A DNA stretch of 64,000 bases from the NCBI GenBank assembly GCA_963693055.1, contig OY843751.1, forward strand, positions 1,824,001 to 1,888,000, read 5' to 3'. Within the stretch, counting starts at the first letter, position 1, and each line of letters starts with the position of its first letter. This stretch comes from a bacterium. Its GTDB lineage: Bacteria > Zhuqueibacterota > Zhuqueibacteria > Residuimicrobiales > Krinioviventaceae. Shown here piece after piece: positions 35,443-45,356 of the stretch. Under the pieces are notes generated by a model. That model was not told the DNA's origin. It made no database searches and worked only from the letters and a program-made list of their open reading frames with translations. The translations under genes and the position numbers were made by a program.

Positions 35443-36540
35443 TTGAAATTGTGGAGACAAATTGAGCGATTTTTCAAGCATAACCAGTTAAGGTTCCTTG
35501 AAAAGTGGCTTGGTGTGCCAGAACTTTTGCCTGAAAAAATTGAATTTGAAAAGATAAAAAAGATTATTGTTATACGCCAGCATGATCAGTTGGGTGATTT
35601 TTTGCTTTCTACACCTGTTTTTCATGCATTGCGTAAACAATTTCCTGATGCACATATTGCTGTTATGGCCAGAAAGTATACTGCTGCACTAATGCAACAC
35701 AATGAATATATTGATACAGTAATTACTTTTTATGAACATGGAAAAGACTGGAACTTGGGAAGAATTACCAAGTTTATTAAATTATTGAGGCATGGTTACG
35801 ATCTTGCGATTGTTTTGAACACGGTATCACACTCATTGACAAGTGATTTAGCTGCACGATTATCAGGGGCCAAATATGTTTTAGGCTCCGAACACTTGAC
35901 CTTTCAAAGAACATCCCGAAACTTTTTTTACCATTTTAATGCACCCTATATTAAAGAGGAAAGAAACCAAAGCTTAAGAAATCTTGATATCCTGAGTTAT
36001 ATTGGAATTCCGCCTGTTGATCCTTATGAGCATATTACCTTACTGGAAGAAGAAAAAGAAAAGGCGCATGATTTATTGATACAAAAGGGCTGGGACGGAG
36101 AACAAATGTTGATCAGTGTGCATCCCGGAGCCGGCAAATTGATGAATCGATGGCCTGTAGAACATTTTGCCCTGGCAGCACAAACGTTGGCGGATTATTA
36201 TAATGCGAAATTGCTCATAACATGGGGCCCCAATGAAAAAGACCTTGGAGAATCATTATGTTCGCAATTAAAAGGTGAAATTATAACAGCTGTGGATCCG
36301 GATATCAGACGTTTTGCAACAATTCTGTCTTGTTCTGATATGATATTATGTAATGATACAGGTGTACTACATGTCGCTGCTGCAATAGATTTGCCGCTTG
36401 TTGTGGTGTTTGGCCCAACAAATCCTGCTGAATGGAAGCCTTTTGGCAAAAAATTTGTAGCATTGCAAGGCGATAATGGCCGGTGCGACGAAATTGGCCC
36501 TGAAAAGGTAATTGAGGCCGCAAAAATGCTAATAAATTAA
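35443..36540 (+). CDS. Glycosyltransferase family 9 (heptosyltransferase-like)
   Basis: DQLGD..L..P, HPGAG....RWP, CNDTG..H.AAA, FGPT; probable TTG start at 35443 after AAGGA. Confidence 0.88.
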   Translation: MKLWRQIERFFKHNQLRFLEKWLGVPELLPEKIEFEKIKKIIVIRQHDQLGDFLLSTPVFHALRKQFPDAHIAVMARKYTAALMQHNEYIDTVITFYEHGKDWNLGRITKFIKLLRHGYDLAIVLNTVSHSLTSDLAARLSGAKYVLGSEHLTFQRTSRNFFYHFNAPYIKEERNQSLRNLDILSYIGIPPVDPYEHITLLEEEKEKAHDLLIQKGWDGEQMLISVHPGAGKLMNRWPVEHFALAAQTLADYYNAKLLITWGPNEKDLGESLCSQLKGEIITAVDPDIRRFATILSCSDMILCNDTGVLHVAAAIDLPLVVVFGPTNPAEWKPFGKKFVALQGDNGRCDEIGPEKVIEAAKMLIN

Positions 36541-36649
36541 AAAAGTGCTTGTTTTTTTAATTAAAAAGTTTACAATTAGAATGCGTTATTAAATAACAGT
36601 ATTATTTGTATTATAAAAAAATCTTGCATTATTAGTTTCCATGTTGTAA

Positions 36650-36667
36650 TTTTCGCCGCGGCGAAAA
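36650..36667. promoter_or_regulatory. Perfect 18-bp palindrome in the promoter region of the acidic protein gene
   Basis: TTTTCGCCGCGGCGAAAA, overlapping or just downstream of TTGCAT-N17-TAATTT. Confidence 0.4.
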
Positions 36668-36705
36668 ACTTGGAAAGTTTTAAAATTAACAAAAAAGAGG
36701 ATACT

Positions 36706-37032
36706 ATGAGTGACAATTCAAACATTATTGATGATTATATTGATGATTCCTTTGAAAACAACGAGTCTGAAGAGGAAGAGTCGTTGAATGAAGAGGAAGT
36801 GATTGACGAAGATTGGGATGAAATTCAAGAAGATGATGATTTGGATGAGATTGAAGAAGTAAGCGATGATTCCAGTGAAGATTGGGAGGAAGAATACTGG
36901 GAGGACGAAGAAGAGGAAGAAGAAGAGGAAGAAGATGATACTGAATGGAGTGATGGTGACGAGCCTTGGGATAATACTAATGATTGGATGGACAGAACAC
37001 CTTCATGGGAAGGTGATGATGAATGGGACTGA
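36706..37032 (+). CDS. Hypothetical hyper-acidic, Trp-rich low-complexity protein (108 aa)
   Basis: SD GAGG before ATG 36706; about 55% D/E by hand count, 8 Trp, no Lys. Confidence 0.7.
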   Translation: MSDNSNIIDDYIDDSFENNESEEEESLNEEEVIDEDWDEIQEDDDLDEIEEVSDDSSEDWEEEYWEDEEEEEEEEEDDTEWSDGDEPWDNTNDWMDRTPSWEGDDEWD

Positions 37033-37050
37033 TAGTCCTGTTTTATAAAT

Positions 37051-37506
37051 ATGATATCCAATGAGAAGGACATTCGTATATATCCCCAACATCCACGTTT
37101 AGGTGTGGGCGTTGTCATATTTAAAAATGAACTCGTATTACTCATAAAACGGGGGAAAGAGCCCAACAAAGGAATCTGGACAGTACCTGGCGGTCTGGTC
37201 CAAATCGGAGAATCTGTTGAACAAGCTGCTCATCGTGAAGTATTGGAAGAATGTAATATCAATATAGATCTCGCCGGATTGATTGATTATTTTGAGTTTG
37301 TTGAAAAAGATATTGAGCAAAAGATTAAATATCATTATGTTGTTCTTGATTTTGCTGCTGAATATGTGTCGGGTACTCTTTTAGCGTTAACTGATGCAGA
37401 AGATGCGAAATGGGTAAATCCAAACCAGTTGGAGAACTGGGAAATTACTGAAAAAACTTTATTGTTGATTAATAAAGCATTATTATCAAAAGCCCGGATG
37501 GATTAA
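37051..37506 (+). CDS. Nudix hydrolase (ADP-ribose pyrophosphatase-like)
   Basis: Nudix box GG.V..GES...AA.RE..EE. Confidence 0.9.
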   Translation: MISNEKDIRIYPQHPRLGVGVVIFKNELVLLIKRGKEPNKGIWTVPGGLVQIGESVEQAAHREVLEECNINIDLAGLIDYFEFVEKDIEQKIKYHYVVLDFAAEYVSGTLLALTDAEDAKWVNPNQLENWEITEKTLLLINKALLSKARMD

Positions 37507-37523
37507 CAACACCGGGCTTTTTT
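37488..37523 (+). terminator. Possible terminator overlapping the Nudix stop
   Basis: AAAAGCCCGG...CCGGGCTTTT followed by TT. Confidence 0.5.
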
Positions 37524-37532
37524 ATAGGAATT

Positions 37533-38567
37533 ATGGATAGTTATAACAAAATACTCGTAATAAAACTTCGTGCAATTGGTGATGTTTTACTGTCAACAAT
37601 TGTTATAAACAATCTGCGGTCTGCGTTTCCTGAGGCCCCAATTGATTTTTTAACTGAAAAAGCTGGTTCAAAGATTGTATTGGGAAATCCTGCTTTGAAT
37701 AAAGTCCATATTCTGACAAAAGATAAAAATAAATCTGGGTTTGGCAGATTTTTAGATGATGTTGCTTTTATCCGAAATATTCAAAAAGAAAAGTATGATC
37801 TGGTTTTTGATTTTTTCGGAAATCCACGTAGTGCTATTTTGACTTTATTGTCTCATGCAGATATACGTGTGGGTTATGATTACCGGTTTCGACAGATTGC
37901 TTATAATCGGGTAGTAAAATCACGGGCAAGTGAAATACATGAAGCGCTTTGGCATTTGGATGCATTGCAACATTTGGACATCCCAATCAGTGATAAGAAT
38001 TTAAATTTTTTTATCGATGAATCAAGCACCGGGTTTGCAAACCAATTTTGGAAACAGGAACAATTTGAAAACAAGCCTGTTGTAGGAATTAATTTTTCCG
38101 GAGGCTGGCCTGCTAAAAAATGGCCTGTTGACAGGTTCGCGCAGCTTGTAGATAGAATTAAAAAAGATTATGAGACCGAGGTGCTTGTGTTTTGGGGACC
38201 GGGTGAAAAAGGTGAGGCCCTAAAACTTGCTCAGTTGACAAATCATAAAACTATACTGATCCCTGAAACAGATTTGAAACAACTTGGTGCAATTTTGAAA
38301 AAGATTGACATGTTGGTAACTACAGATTCTGGACCCATGCATATTGCCGCTGCTGTAAATACTCCATGTGTAGCTATTTATGGACCTACCAATTTCCGAT
38401 TACAGGGGCCCTATGGCACAGGTCATGAGATTGTTTATAAAGATAAATTAGATTGTTTGGGGTGCAACCGTTTGGATTGTGAGCATACAACTTGTATGAA
38501 TGCTCTCAGTGTTGACAGAGTCTATAAAAGTGTTAAGGATTGTTTTGTGAAAAACGGAATTTTGTAA
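37533..38567 (+). CDS. Glycosyltransferase family 9 (LPS heptosyltransferase-like)
   Basis: LRAIGDV, K.WP, TDSGPMHIAAA, YGPT. Confidence 0.9.
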   Translation: MDSYNKILVIKLRAIGDVLLSTIVINNLRSAFPEAPIDFLTEKAGSKIVLGNPALNKVHILTKDKNKSGFGRFLDDVAFIRNIQKEKYDLVFDFFGNPRSAILTLLSHADIRVGYDYRFRQIAYNRVVKSRASEIHEALWHLDALQHLDIPISDKNLNFFIDESSTGFANQFWKQEQFENKPVVGINFSGGWPAKKWPVDRFAQLVDRIKKDYETEVLVFWGPGEKGEALKLAQLTNHKTILIPETDLKQLGAILKKIDMLVTTDSGPMHIAAAVNTPCVAIYGPTNFRLQGPYGTGHEIVYKDKLDCLGCNRLDCEHTTCMNALSVDRVYKSVKDCFVKNGIL

Positions 38568-38568
38568 T

Positions 38569-39348
38569 ATGAAAAAAATTTCTGTATCTATTATTACATT
38601 AAATGAAGAAAAGAATATTGGTGACTGTTTAAAAAGTGTAGACTGGGCTGATGAGATTGTTGTTGTTGATGGCGAAAGCACAGATAAAACAGTTGAGATC
38701 TGCAAACAGTACACAGATAAAATATTTTCAAAACCTTTTGTCGAGTTTTCATCGCAGAAACAATATGCACTTGATCAATGTCAATATCCCTGGGTGCTTT
38801 CATTAGATTCTGATGAGCGGGTTTTACCTGAATTAAAAGAGGAGATACTTGAACTCTTGTCAAATGATGATGTTCCTCATCAAGGGTATTATATTGCCAG
38901 ACGCTCATACTTTATGAATAAATGGATTAAATATTGTGGTTGGTACCCTGGGTATCAATTGCGTTTATTTAAAAAGGATGTGACCCATGTTAGCCCTAAC
39001 CGTGTCCATGAGGGGTTTCTTGTAGATGGCACAACTGCCAGACTTGAGCATGATATTGATCATTATTCTCACCCTACCATTGAAAGCAGTATAAAGAAAC
39101 TCAATCACTATACTACGCTTGAAGCCAGAGATCGTGTAAATAAAAAGAAAGTTGGCGTGCACAATTTTATTTTTAACCCGCTAAGTGCTTTTCTGATTAA
39201 ATATGTTCGTCAACAGGGATATCGGGATGGAATGCATGGATTTCTGCTGAGTTGGATTGCCTCTTTCCTTAAAATGGTTTTGTATATGAAGATTTGGGTT
39301 TTACAAAAATATGGTGATTCTGTTGTCAATGCTGATGGAGAATCATGA
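38569..39348 (+). CDS. Glycosyltransferase family 2 (KdtX/WaaE-like)
   Basis: IITLNEE, S.DKT, LDSDE, GWYP, VHE. Confidence 0.9.
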   Translation: MKKISVSIITLNEEKNIGDCLKSVDWADEIVVVDGESTDKTVEICKQYTDKIFSKPFVEFSSQKQYALDQCQYPWVLSLDSDERVLPELKEEILELLSNDDVPHQGYYIARRSYFMNKWIKYCGWYPGYQLRLFKKDVTHVSPNRVHEGFLVDGTTARLEHDIDHYSHPTIESSIKKLNHYTTLEARDRVNKKKVGVHNFIFNPLSAFLIKYVRQQGYRDGMHGFLLSWIASFLKMVLYMKIWVLQKYGDSVVNADGES

Positions 39349-40130
39349 TTATGAGTAAACTTTCTGTTATTATCATTACTTTAAATGAAGAACGACATAT
39401 TGCTAACTGTTTAAAAAGTGTAGAATGGGCAGATGAAATTATAGTAGTAGACTCGCAAAGCACGGACCGTACGGTTGACATTGCAAAAGAATATACTGAA
39501 AAGGTATTTATAAATGAATGGTTGGGGTACTCTGAAAATAAAAATATTGCTTTGGGGCACGCGAGCAATGAATGGGTACTTTGGCTTGATGCAGATGAAA
39601 GCGTAACACCGGAATTAGCCAGGGAAATTCAAGAGCTTTTAAAAACGAAACCTGAAGAAAATGGATTCGTGATGTCAAGACGAGCTTATTTCCTTGGCAA
39701 GTGGATTAAACATTGCGGTTGGTACCCTGATTATGTAATGCGACTGTTTCGCCGTGAAAAGGGAGTTTTTAATGATAATCGGGTACATGAAGGCGTGCAG
39801 CTGGAAGGAAGTATAAAGCGTTTGAATCATGATTTATTACACTTTACGGATGATTCTCTGGAACATTATCTGTGGAAGTTTAATAGATACACATCGCTTG
39901 CTGCTGAAGAACAGGTTAAACGAAAAAAACGCTCGGGATTGTTTAAAATTTTATTTAGACCATTGCATACATGGTTAAAAATGTATATATTTAAATTAGG
40001 ATTTCTTGATGGAGTCCAGGGATTTATTTTGTGTTCATTGTCTGCCGGGTATGTGGCTGTTAAATATGCAAAGACCTGGGAATTGGATCGCAAACTTGAG
40101 AAAGACAGTTCAGGAGGTAACAATAAATGA
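39345..40130 (+). CDS. Glycosyltransferase family 2 (KdtX/WaaE-like), tandem paralog
   Basis: IITLNEE, LDADE, GWYPD, VHE, GFLDG. Confidence 0.9.
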   Translation: MIMSKLSVIIITLNEERHIANCLKSVEWADEIIVVDSQSTDRTVDIAKEYTEKVFINEWLGYSENKNIALGHASNEWVLWLDADESVTPELAREIQELLKTKPEENGFVMSRRAYFLGKWIKHCGWYPDYVMRLFRREKGVFNDNRVHEGVQLEGSIKRLNHDLLHFTDDSLEHYLWKFNRYTSLAAEEQVKRKKRSGLFKILFRPLHTWLKMYIFKLGFLDGVQGFILCSLSAGYVAVKYAKTWELDRKLEKDSSGGNNK

Positions 40131-40468
40131 ATTTTTTGCTCGAAGAAGTTAATGATGTTAAAATATTACGTATTAAAGAAGAACGTCTGGATACTGCTAT
40201 TGCTCCGGATTTAAAAGCACAATTGCTTGTACTGATTAAAGAACCGGACAATAAAGTTCTTGTTGATCTTTCAGATACAAAATATGCTGATAGTTCCGGT
40301 TTGGGCGCAATATTGTTAGGTCTAAGACAAGCACGTGAAATTGGCGCCAAGTTTGCGGTATTTGGAGCACAAAAACGCGTAGAGAGCCTGATAGAAATTG
40401 CTCAATTGGGTGAAATTTTAATTAATTATGATAACGAGTTCAAAGCACTTGAACAGTTTGGAGCCTAA
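40127..40468 (+). CDS. STAS-domain anti-sigma-factor antagonist
   Basis: VDLS...YADSSGLGA with the phosphorylatable Ser. Confidence 0.88.
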   Translation: MNFLLEEVNDVKILRIKEERLDTAIAPDLKAQLLVLIKEPDNKVLVDLSDTKYADSSGLGAILLGLRQAREIGAKFAVFGAQKRVESLIEIAQLGEILINYDNEFKALEQFGA

Positions 40469-40475
40469 TACGTTT

Positions 40476-40703
40476 TTAAACATATTCGTATGAAAATCCG
40501 GCATGTTTAATATATTTATTAAAGAATTGATCTCTTGATGCTGATTTAACCAGTTTACTGAAAATATAATCTGGCACTCCAAAGTATTGAATTGTTTCAT
40601 TATTTGTAAATTCAACTGTAAGGGTAAATAGATCAGCATCATATTGAAATGTACTTATTTTGGGGGCGTTGTTCTTAATCTTTTCAAACAGAATCTCGAC
40701 CAT
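40476..40703 (-). CDS. KTSC-domain protein
   Basis: YD....TL.VEF.....QYFGVP..IF..L..SAS...FFNKYIK; SD GGAG upstream. Confidence 0.75.
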   Translation of the reverse strand: MVEILFEKIKNNAPKISTFQYDADLFTLTVEFTNNETIQYFGVPDYIFSKLVKSASRDQFFNKYIKHAGFSYEYV

Positions 40704-40853
40704 GTGATATCATCTCCATATTGATTCAATTGGAAAAACTGTGAAAATATTTCATGTTTGTGCATAATTTGCATCTCATGAAATTATTTTATTCTTGTTT
40801 TTATTGAATTTAAGTGTTGTAAGCAGCTTTTTTTACTTTCAGAACAATTTAAA

Positions 40854-40869
40854 AGCAAAATTTATGCCT
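40854..40869 (-). promoter_or_regulatory. Putative sigma-54 (-24/-12) promoter upstream of the KTSC gene
   Basis: Minus strand AGGCATAAATTTTGCT = GG-N10-GC. Confidence 0.5.
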
Positions 40870-40926
40870 TGTGTTGCCCCATCCCGTTGTAATAAATGTA
40901 ATGAATTAAAAATTGTAATGCAAGAC

Positions 40927-40956
40927 ATTTCGCCCTGCCAAGAAACAGGGCGAAAT
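40927..40956 (-). terminator. Hairpin at the 3' end of the trp operon
   Basis: ATTTCGCCCTG-N8-CAGGGCGAAAT immediately after the trpA stop; weak U tract. Confidence 0.55.
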
Positions 40957-40960
40957 ATTA

Positions 40961-41743
40961 CTAGATTGTTGATTTGAGTGTTTTTACAAATTCCCCTGCA
41001 AAGTCTGCTTTATTTTCCACTTTTTCCAACTTTGCTATTAACCAGCTGCCTATGATAACAGAATCTGCTATCTGGCTTGCTGCTTTAGCATCCAGATTTG
41101 ATGCAATTCCAAATCCAATAGCCAATGGTATATTTGTACTTTTACGAACGGATTGAATAATGTTTTTCAATTCATCGCTGGCGTGAAAGCCCTTACCGGT
41201 TGTTCCATAATTGGATACACAATACAAAAAGCCCTGAGATGCTTGAATGATTTTTTGTGTACGTTCATTTTCAAGCTCTGGTGCTATGAGTTGAATGAGA
41301 GAGATGTTGTATTTTGTACACTGTTCCGCAAGATCATGACTTTCTTCAAAAGGCAGGTCTGCCATGATCAATCCATCTCCACCAGCCGTGTTTAAATCTT
41401 TAGTAAAAGCTTCCAATCCATATTGGTAAACAGGATTATAATAGCCCATCAATACTATCGGAGTATTATGGGTTTGTCGAAAGGATTTGACCAAATCCAA
41501 TATTTTTTGAATATTGACATTGTTTTTCAATGCTCTGTTTGAAGCACGTTGTATAACCGGCCCATCAGCAATGGGATCAGAAAAGGGAACTCCCAATTCT
41601 ATACAATCTACACCATTGTCAGCCATTGCTTTCATAATGTCGAGTGTGGTATCAATATCAGGATCCCCGGCGGTGATATAGAGTATTAATCCTTTTTCCT
41701 GATTTTGTTTCAATGTATTTAAATGGGTTTCCAATCTGTTCAT
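40961..41743 (-). CDS. trpA: Tryptophan synthase alpha chain
   Basis: TAGDP, ELGVPFSDPIADGPVIQ, GFGI; start moved to 41743. Confidence 0.95.
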   Translation of the reverse strand: MNRLETHLNTLKQNQEKGLILYITAGDPDIDTTLDIMKAMADNGVDCIELGVPFSDPIADGPVIQRASNRALKNNVNIQKILDLVKSFRQTHNTPIVLMGYYNPVYQYGLEAFTKDLNTAGGDGLIMADLPFEESHDLAEQCTKYNISLIQLIAPELENERTQKIIQASQGFLYCVSNYGTTGKGFHASDELKNIIQSVRKSTNIPLAIGFGIASNLDAKAASQIADSVIIGSWLIAKLEKVENKADFAGEFVKTLKSTI

Positions 41744-41753
41744 TTTTCCCTCT

Positions 41754-42917
41754 CTAATCATGTTGTAAAGTTACAATATCTTTGTCACCACGCCCGGACA
41801 AACAAACCAGAATAGATTTGTCTTTATCAAGTTGTGGTGCCAATTTCATGGTATGTGCAATTGCATGTGAACTTTCCAGTGCAGGAATAATACCTTCTTC
41901 GCGGGCTAAAAGTTTATATGCTTCAATTGCTTCATTGTCATAGATTTTAACATATTCCGCGCGGCCCGATTCTTTCAGGTATGAATGCTCTGGACCTACT
42001 CCCGGGTAATCGAGTCCTGCGGCTATAGAGTGTGCCTCGGAAATTTGGCCATTTTCTGTCTGGATAAAAAATGTTTTTTTACCATGAAACACACCAATCG
42101 TACCAAATGTGAGAGATGAAGAATTATCACCAATTGCATCGCCTCTACCGCCGGCTTCAACACCAACAAGCTTTGCAGTAGTGTCGATAAATGGATGAAA
42201 CGTGCCCATCGAGTTACTTCCACCACCAACACAGGCAACAACATAATCTGGAACATTAACATTATATGCCGGTAATTGTTCACGTGCTTCACGGCCAATT
42301 ACGGATTGAAAATTACGCACCATTTGAGGAAAAGGGTGTGGTCCAATTACCGATCCCACCAGGTAATGAGTGGTCTTTACGCTTTGCGCCCATTCACGCA
42401 TCGTTTCATTAACAGCGTCTTTTAATGTTTGTGATCCACTTTCAACCGGAATAACCTGCGCACCCAATAGCTTCATGCGAAAAACATTCAATTCCTGCCT
42501 TATTGTATCTTCTTTGCCCATATAAATATGACATTCCATGCCCAGCAACGCACACACTGTAGCAGTTGCAACACCATGCTGTCCGGCACCGGTTTCAGCA
42601 ATGATACGGTTTTTGCCCATTTTTTTTGCCAACAGTGCTTGTCCCAAACAGTTGTTTAATTTATGAGAACCGGTATGATTCAGATCTTCACGTTTTAAAA
42701 AGATTTTTGCACCGCCTGCTTTTTCAGTCAGATTTTTTGCATAGTAAACAGGGGTGGGTCTGCCGGAATAATTTGCCAGCAACCAGGCCAGTTCCTGCTG
42801 AAATTCAGGATCTGATTTAGATTCTTTATAAAACTTTTCAAGTTCTATCAATGCCGGCATCAGCAGTTCTGGAACAAACTGACCACCGAATTGACCAAAA
42901 TATCCATGATTAGCCAT
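41754..42917 (-). CDS. trpB: Tryptophan synthase beta chain
   Basis: [39 protein letters not shown]. Confidence 0.98.
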   Translation of the reverse strand: MANHGYFGQFGGQFVPELLMPALIELEKFYKESKSDPEFQQELAWLLANYSGRPTPVYYAKNLTEKAGGAKIFLKREDLNHTGSHKLNNCLGQALLAKKMGKNRIIAETGAGQHGVATATVCALLGMECHIYMGKEDTIRQELNVFRMKLLGAQVIPVESGSQTLKDAVNETMREWAQSVKTTHYLVGSVIGPHPFPQMVRNFQSVIGREAREQLPAYNVNVPDYVVACVGGGSNSMGTFHPFIDTTAKLVGVEAGGRGDAIGDNSSSLTFGTIGVFHGKKTFFIQTENGQISEAHSIAAGLDYPGVGPEHSYLKESGRAEYVKIYDNEAIEAYKLLAREEGIIPALESSHAIAHTMKLAPQLDKDKSILVCLSGRGDKDIVTLQHD

Positions 42918-43521
42918 TTTTATATATTTCCTTTACTGTTTTAATCAAGCGTTCCATTTTTGAGTGATTTTTTATTCCCGGTGCATCTTCTATCCCGGAG
43001 CTGGTATCAATTCCAAAAGGAGTAAACTCCTCCAGTAATTCCAGCACGGTATCCGGCGTTATGCCACCAGCCAGTATGATTTCATCAAGATTCAAGTTCT
43101 TTAATAGTTGTTTGTCTACCAGTTTTCCCGTTCCACCAGCCTGCCCAGGTACATAAGCATCAAATAATTTTTTAAAAATCTGATTGTAATTTCCGGCAGT
43201 AGTAATTGTATCTGAATCTTTGACTCTGAAAGCCTTTATTACCGGTTTTTCAATTTGTTCACAATATTTTGGTGATTCACTACCATGCAATTGAATATAA
43301 TCAAGATTGCATAGCGTTGCAGTATTGTTTACGAATTGTATTTCCTGATCCATAAAAACACCCACTTTGGGTACCGTTGTTTTATTACATATTTCTGCTG
43401 CAGCTTGCGGTGTAATCTGTCTCGGACTATGGGTGAAAATAAAACCAACAGCATTTACTCCCAGTTCCTGTGCATACAAAACATCCTCTAATCGGGTCAT
43501 TCCGCAGTATTTAATCCACAT
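42910..43521 (-). CDS. trpF: Phosphoribosylanthranilate isomerase
   Basis: K.CG.T, QLHG.E, GGTG, LAGG, D.SSG.E..PG.K. Confidence 0.95.
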   Translation of the reverse strand: MWIKYCGMTRLEDVLYAQELGVNAVGFIFTHSPRQITPQAAAEICNKTTVPKVGVFMDQEIQFVNNTATLCNLDYIQLHGSESPKYCEQIEKPVIKAFRVKDSDTITTAGNYNQIFKKLFDAYVPGQAGGTGKLVDKQLLKNLNLDEIILAGGITPDTVLELLEEFTPFGIDTSSGIEDAPGIKNHSKMERLIKTVKEIYKNG

Positions 43522-44332
43522 GGTTGATTCCTTTTAATTCGTTTAGGAATGACTCTTTATCTGGTTTTTTCATTAACGATTCTCCAATCAATGCGGCATT
43601 AAAGCCTGCCTCTTGCAACATGACAATATCCTCTCGTGTAAAAATACCGCTTTCACTCACACGAATTGTTTCTTTTGGCATCATGTCGCTCAACCGTTTG
43701 CTGGTTTCCAGTGTAGTTTCAAAGGTTTCCAGATTTCGATTATTTACACCAATAATTGAAGCATCTGCCTTGACTGCAATTTCCAGTTCTTTTTCATCAT
43801 GTACTTCTACTAACGCATCCAGATTCATTGAACCAGCCAATTGTAAAAGCTCTGATATTTGTTGAGGATCCAGAGCTGCTACGATTAATAATATTGCGCT
43901 TGCTGAATGGTTTACGGCTTCATAAATCTGGTATTCATCAACAATAAAGTCTTTGCGTAAAGTTGGTAACCCGATGAATTCAGAAATCTCGTATAAATAA
44001 TTCAAATGTCCTTGAAAATACAATTCTTCAGTCAAAACCGATATCGCTGCTGCACCGCCTTGTTCATATTGTTTGGCAAAAAAGAGCGGATAAAAATGCT
44101 CGCAAATCACTCCTTTACTGGGAGATGCTTTTTTTACCTCTGCAATGATTGCCATATTATCAGATACAAGTGAGTCTCTAAACCGGTGCGGTGTTTTGTT
44201 TTGTGCTTTTTCTTCTGCAATTCTTTTAACTTTTAAAATGGAATTTAATTTTTTCCGTTCTACAAGCTGTTTTTTTGTATCTGTTATAATTTTATCTAAT
44301 ATATTCATTATTCTGCCAGTTTCAGTTCGCAT
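43511..44332 (-). CDS. trpC: Indole-3-glycerol-phosphate synthase
   Basis: IAEVKKASPSKG, LRKDF, GVNNRNL, SESGI; alternative start 44308. Confidence 0.95.
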   Translation of the reverse strand: MRTETGRIMNILDKIITDTKKQLVERKKLNSILKVKRIAEEKAQNKTPHRFRDSLVSDNMAIIAEVKKASPSKGVICEHFYPLFFAKQYEQGGAAAISVLTEELYFQGHLNYLYEISEFIGLPTLRKDFIVDEYQIYEAVNHSASAILLIVAALDPQQISELLQLAGSMNLDALVEVHDEKELEIAVKADASIIGVNNRNLETFETTLETSKRLSDMMPKETIRVSESGIFTREDIVMLQEAGFNAALIGESLMKKPDKESFLNELKGINHVD

Positions 44333-45344
44333 TTACAGTAGTGGATTGGGTGAATTCTATGCATTCGTTTAATTTATTTTTGGCTTTTCCGGAATAAATG
44401 GTTTCAAAAGCAAGCTCTACACCTTCTTTGATTGAGCTGCTTTTTCTGCCAATATACATTGCCACACCGGCATTAAATGCGGTAATATCTGTTTTTGCAT
44501 CCTTTTTACCGTCAAGAATTGATTTGATAATTTGTGCATTCTCATCGGCTTCATTGCCCTTGACTGATTCTATGGGTTGTTTTGTAATGCCAACGGATTC
44601 CGGTGAAATGGTGTATTGTTTGATCTCGCCATTTACCAGTTCAAACACATCTGTGTCGCTGCTGATAGAAAATTCATCCAATCCATCTTGACTGTGAATT
44701 ACCATTACATGCTCGCTGCCAAGTGATTTTAATACATTGACCATTTTCTCTGCGGTTTCAAGATTAAAGGCTCCAATAACCTGACGCTTAACCAGTGCCG
44801 GGTTAGACATGGGCCCCAGTATATTAAAAACGGTTCGAATACCCATTTCTCTGCGTGGAACAACCGCATGTTTCATAGAAGGATGAAAGAGGGGAGCAAA
44901 AAGAAAGGCTAGCCCGGTTTCATGCAGGCATTTTTCAGACTGTTCAGGAGTTAAATCAATATTCATTCCCAGTGCATTGAAAACATCCGCACTGCCGCAT
45001 TTGCTTGAAACTGAACGATTTCCATGCTTGGCTACTGGAATGCCAGCAGCCGCTGTAACAATAGATGATGCTGTTGAAATGTTAAAAGTTGAAGAACCGT
45101 CACCACCTGTACCACAGGTATCAATGGTACCTACCGGAGCGGATATTGTATTTGCCTTTTTTAACATTGCCTTTACAAAAGAAGAAATTTCTTCTGTTGT
45201 TTCACCTTTTATCTTTAATCCCATCAGAAATGCTGCAACCTGAACTGGTGTAAATTTTCCGTTCATTATAGATAACATGGTTTCATATGCTTCTGCACTG
45301 CTTAAAGCAGTCTGGTTTGCAAGTTTATCTAAAATGGTTTTCAT
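44322..45344 (-). CDS. trpD: Anthranilate phosphoribosyltransferase
   Basis: DTCGTGGDG, NIST, KHGNRS.SS..GSAD, GLDE. Confidence 0.97.
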   Translation of the reverse strand: MKTILDKLANQTALSSAEAYETMLSIMNGKFTPVQVAAFLMGLKIKGETTEEISSFVKAMLKKANTISAPVGTIDTCGTGGDGSSTFNISTASSIVTAAAGIPVAKHGNRSVSSKCGSADVFNALGMNIDLTPEQSEKCLHETGLAFLFAPLFHPSMKHAVVPRREMGIRTVFNILGPMSNPALVKRQVIGAFNLETAEKMVNVLKSLGSEHVMVIHSQDGLDEFSISSDTDVFELVNGEIKQYTISPESVGITKQPIESVKGNEADENAQIIKSILDGKKDAKTDITAFNAGVAMYIGRKSSSIKEGVELAFETIYSGKAKNKLNECIEFTQSTTVNAN

Positions 45345-45356
45345 AATTTTCTCCTG

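Noticed and set aside
36825-37169. Poly-Ser antisense ORF and Lys/Arg-rich alternate-frame ORF
   Set aside because: Shadows of the GAA/GAG-rich acidic gene, whose frame has the SD and matches operon orientation
40759-40773. TGTGCATAATTTGCA as a + strand sigma-54 site
   Set aside because: Lacks the GG and the GG-N10-GC spacing, and no + strand gene follows
40795-40977. 60-aa + strand ORF with CNKC
   Set aside because: TTG start without SD; overlaps the trp hairpin and the putative sigma-54 promoter; probably non-coding
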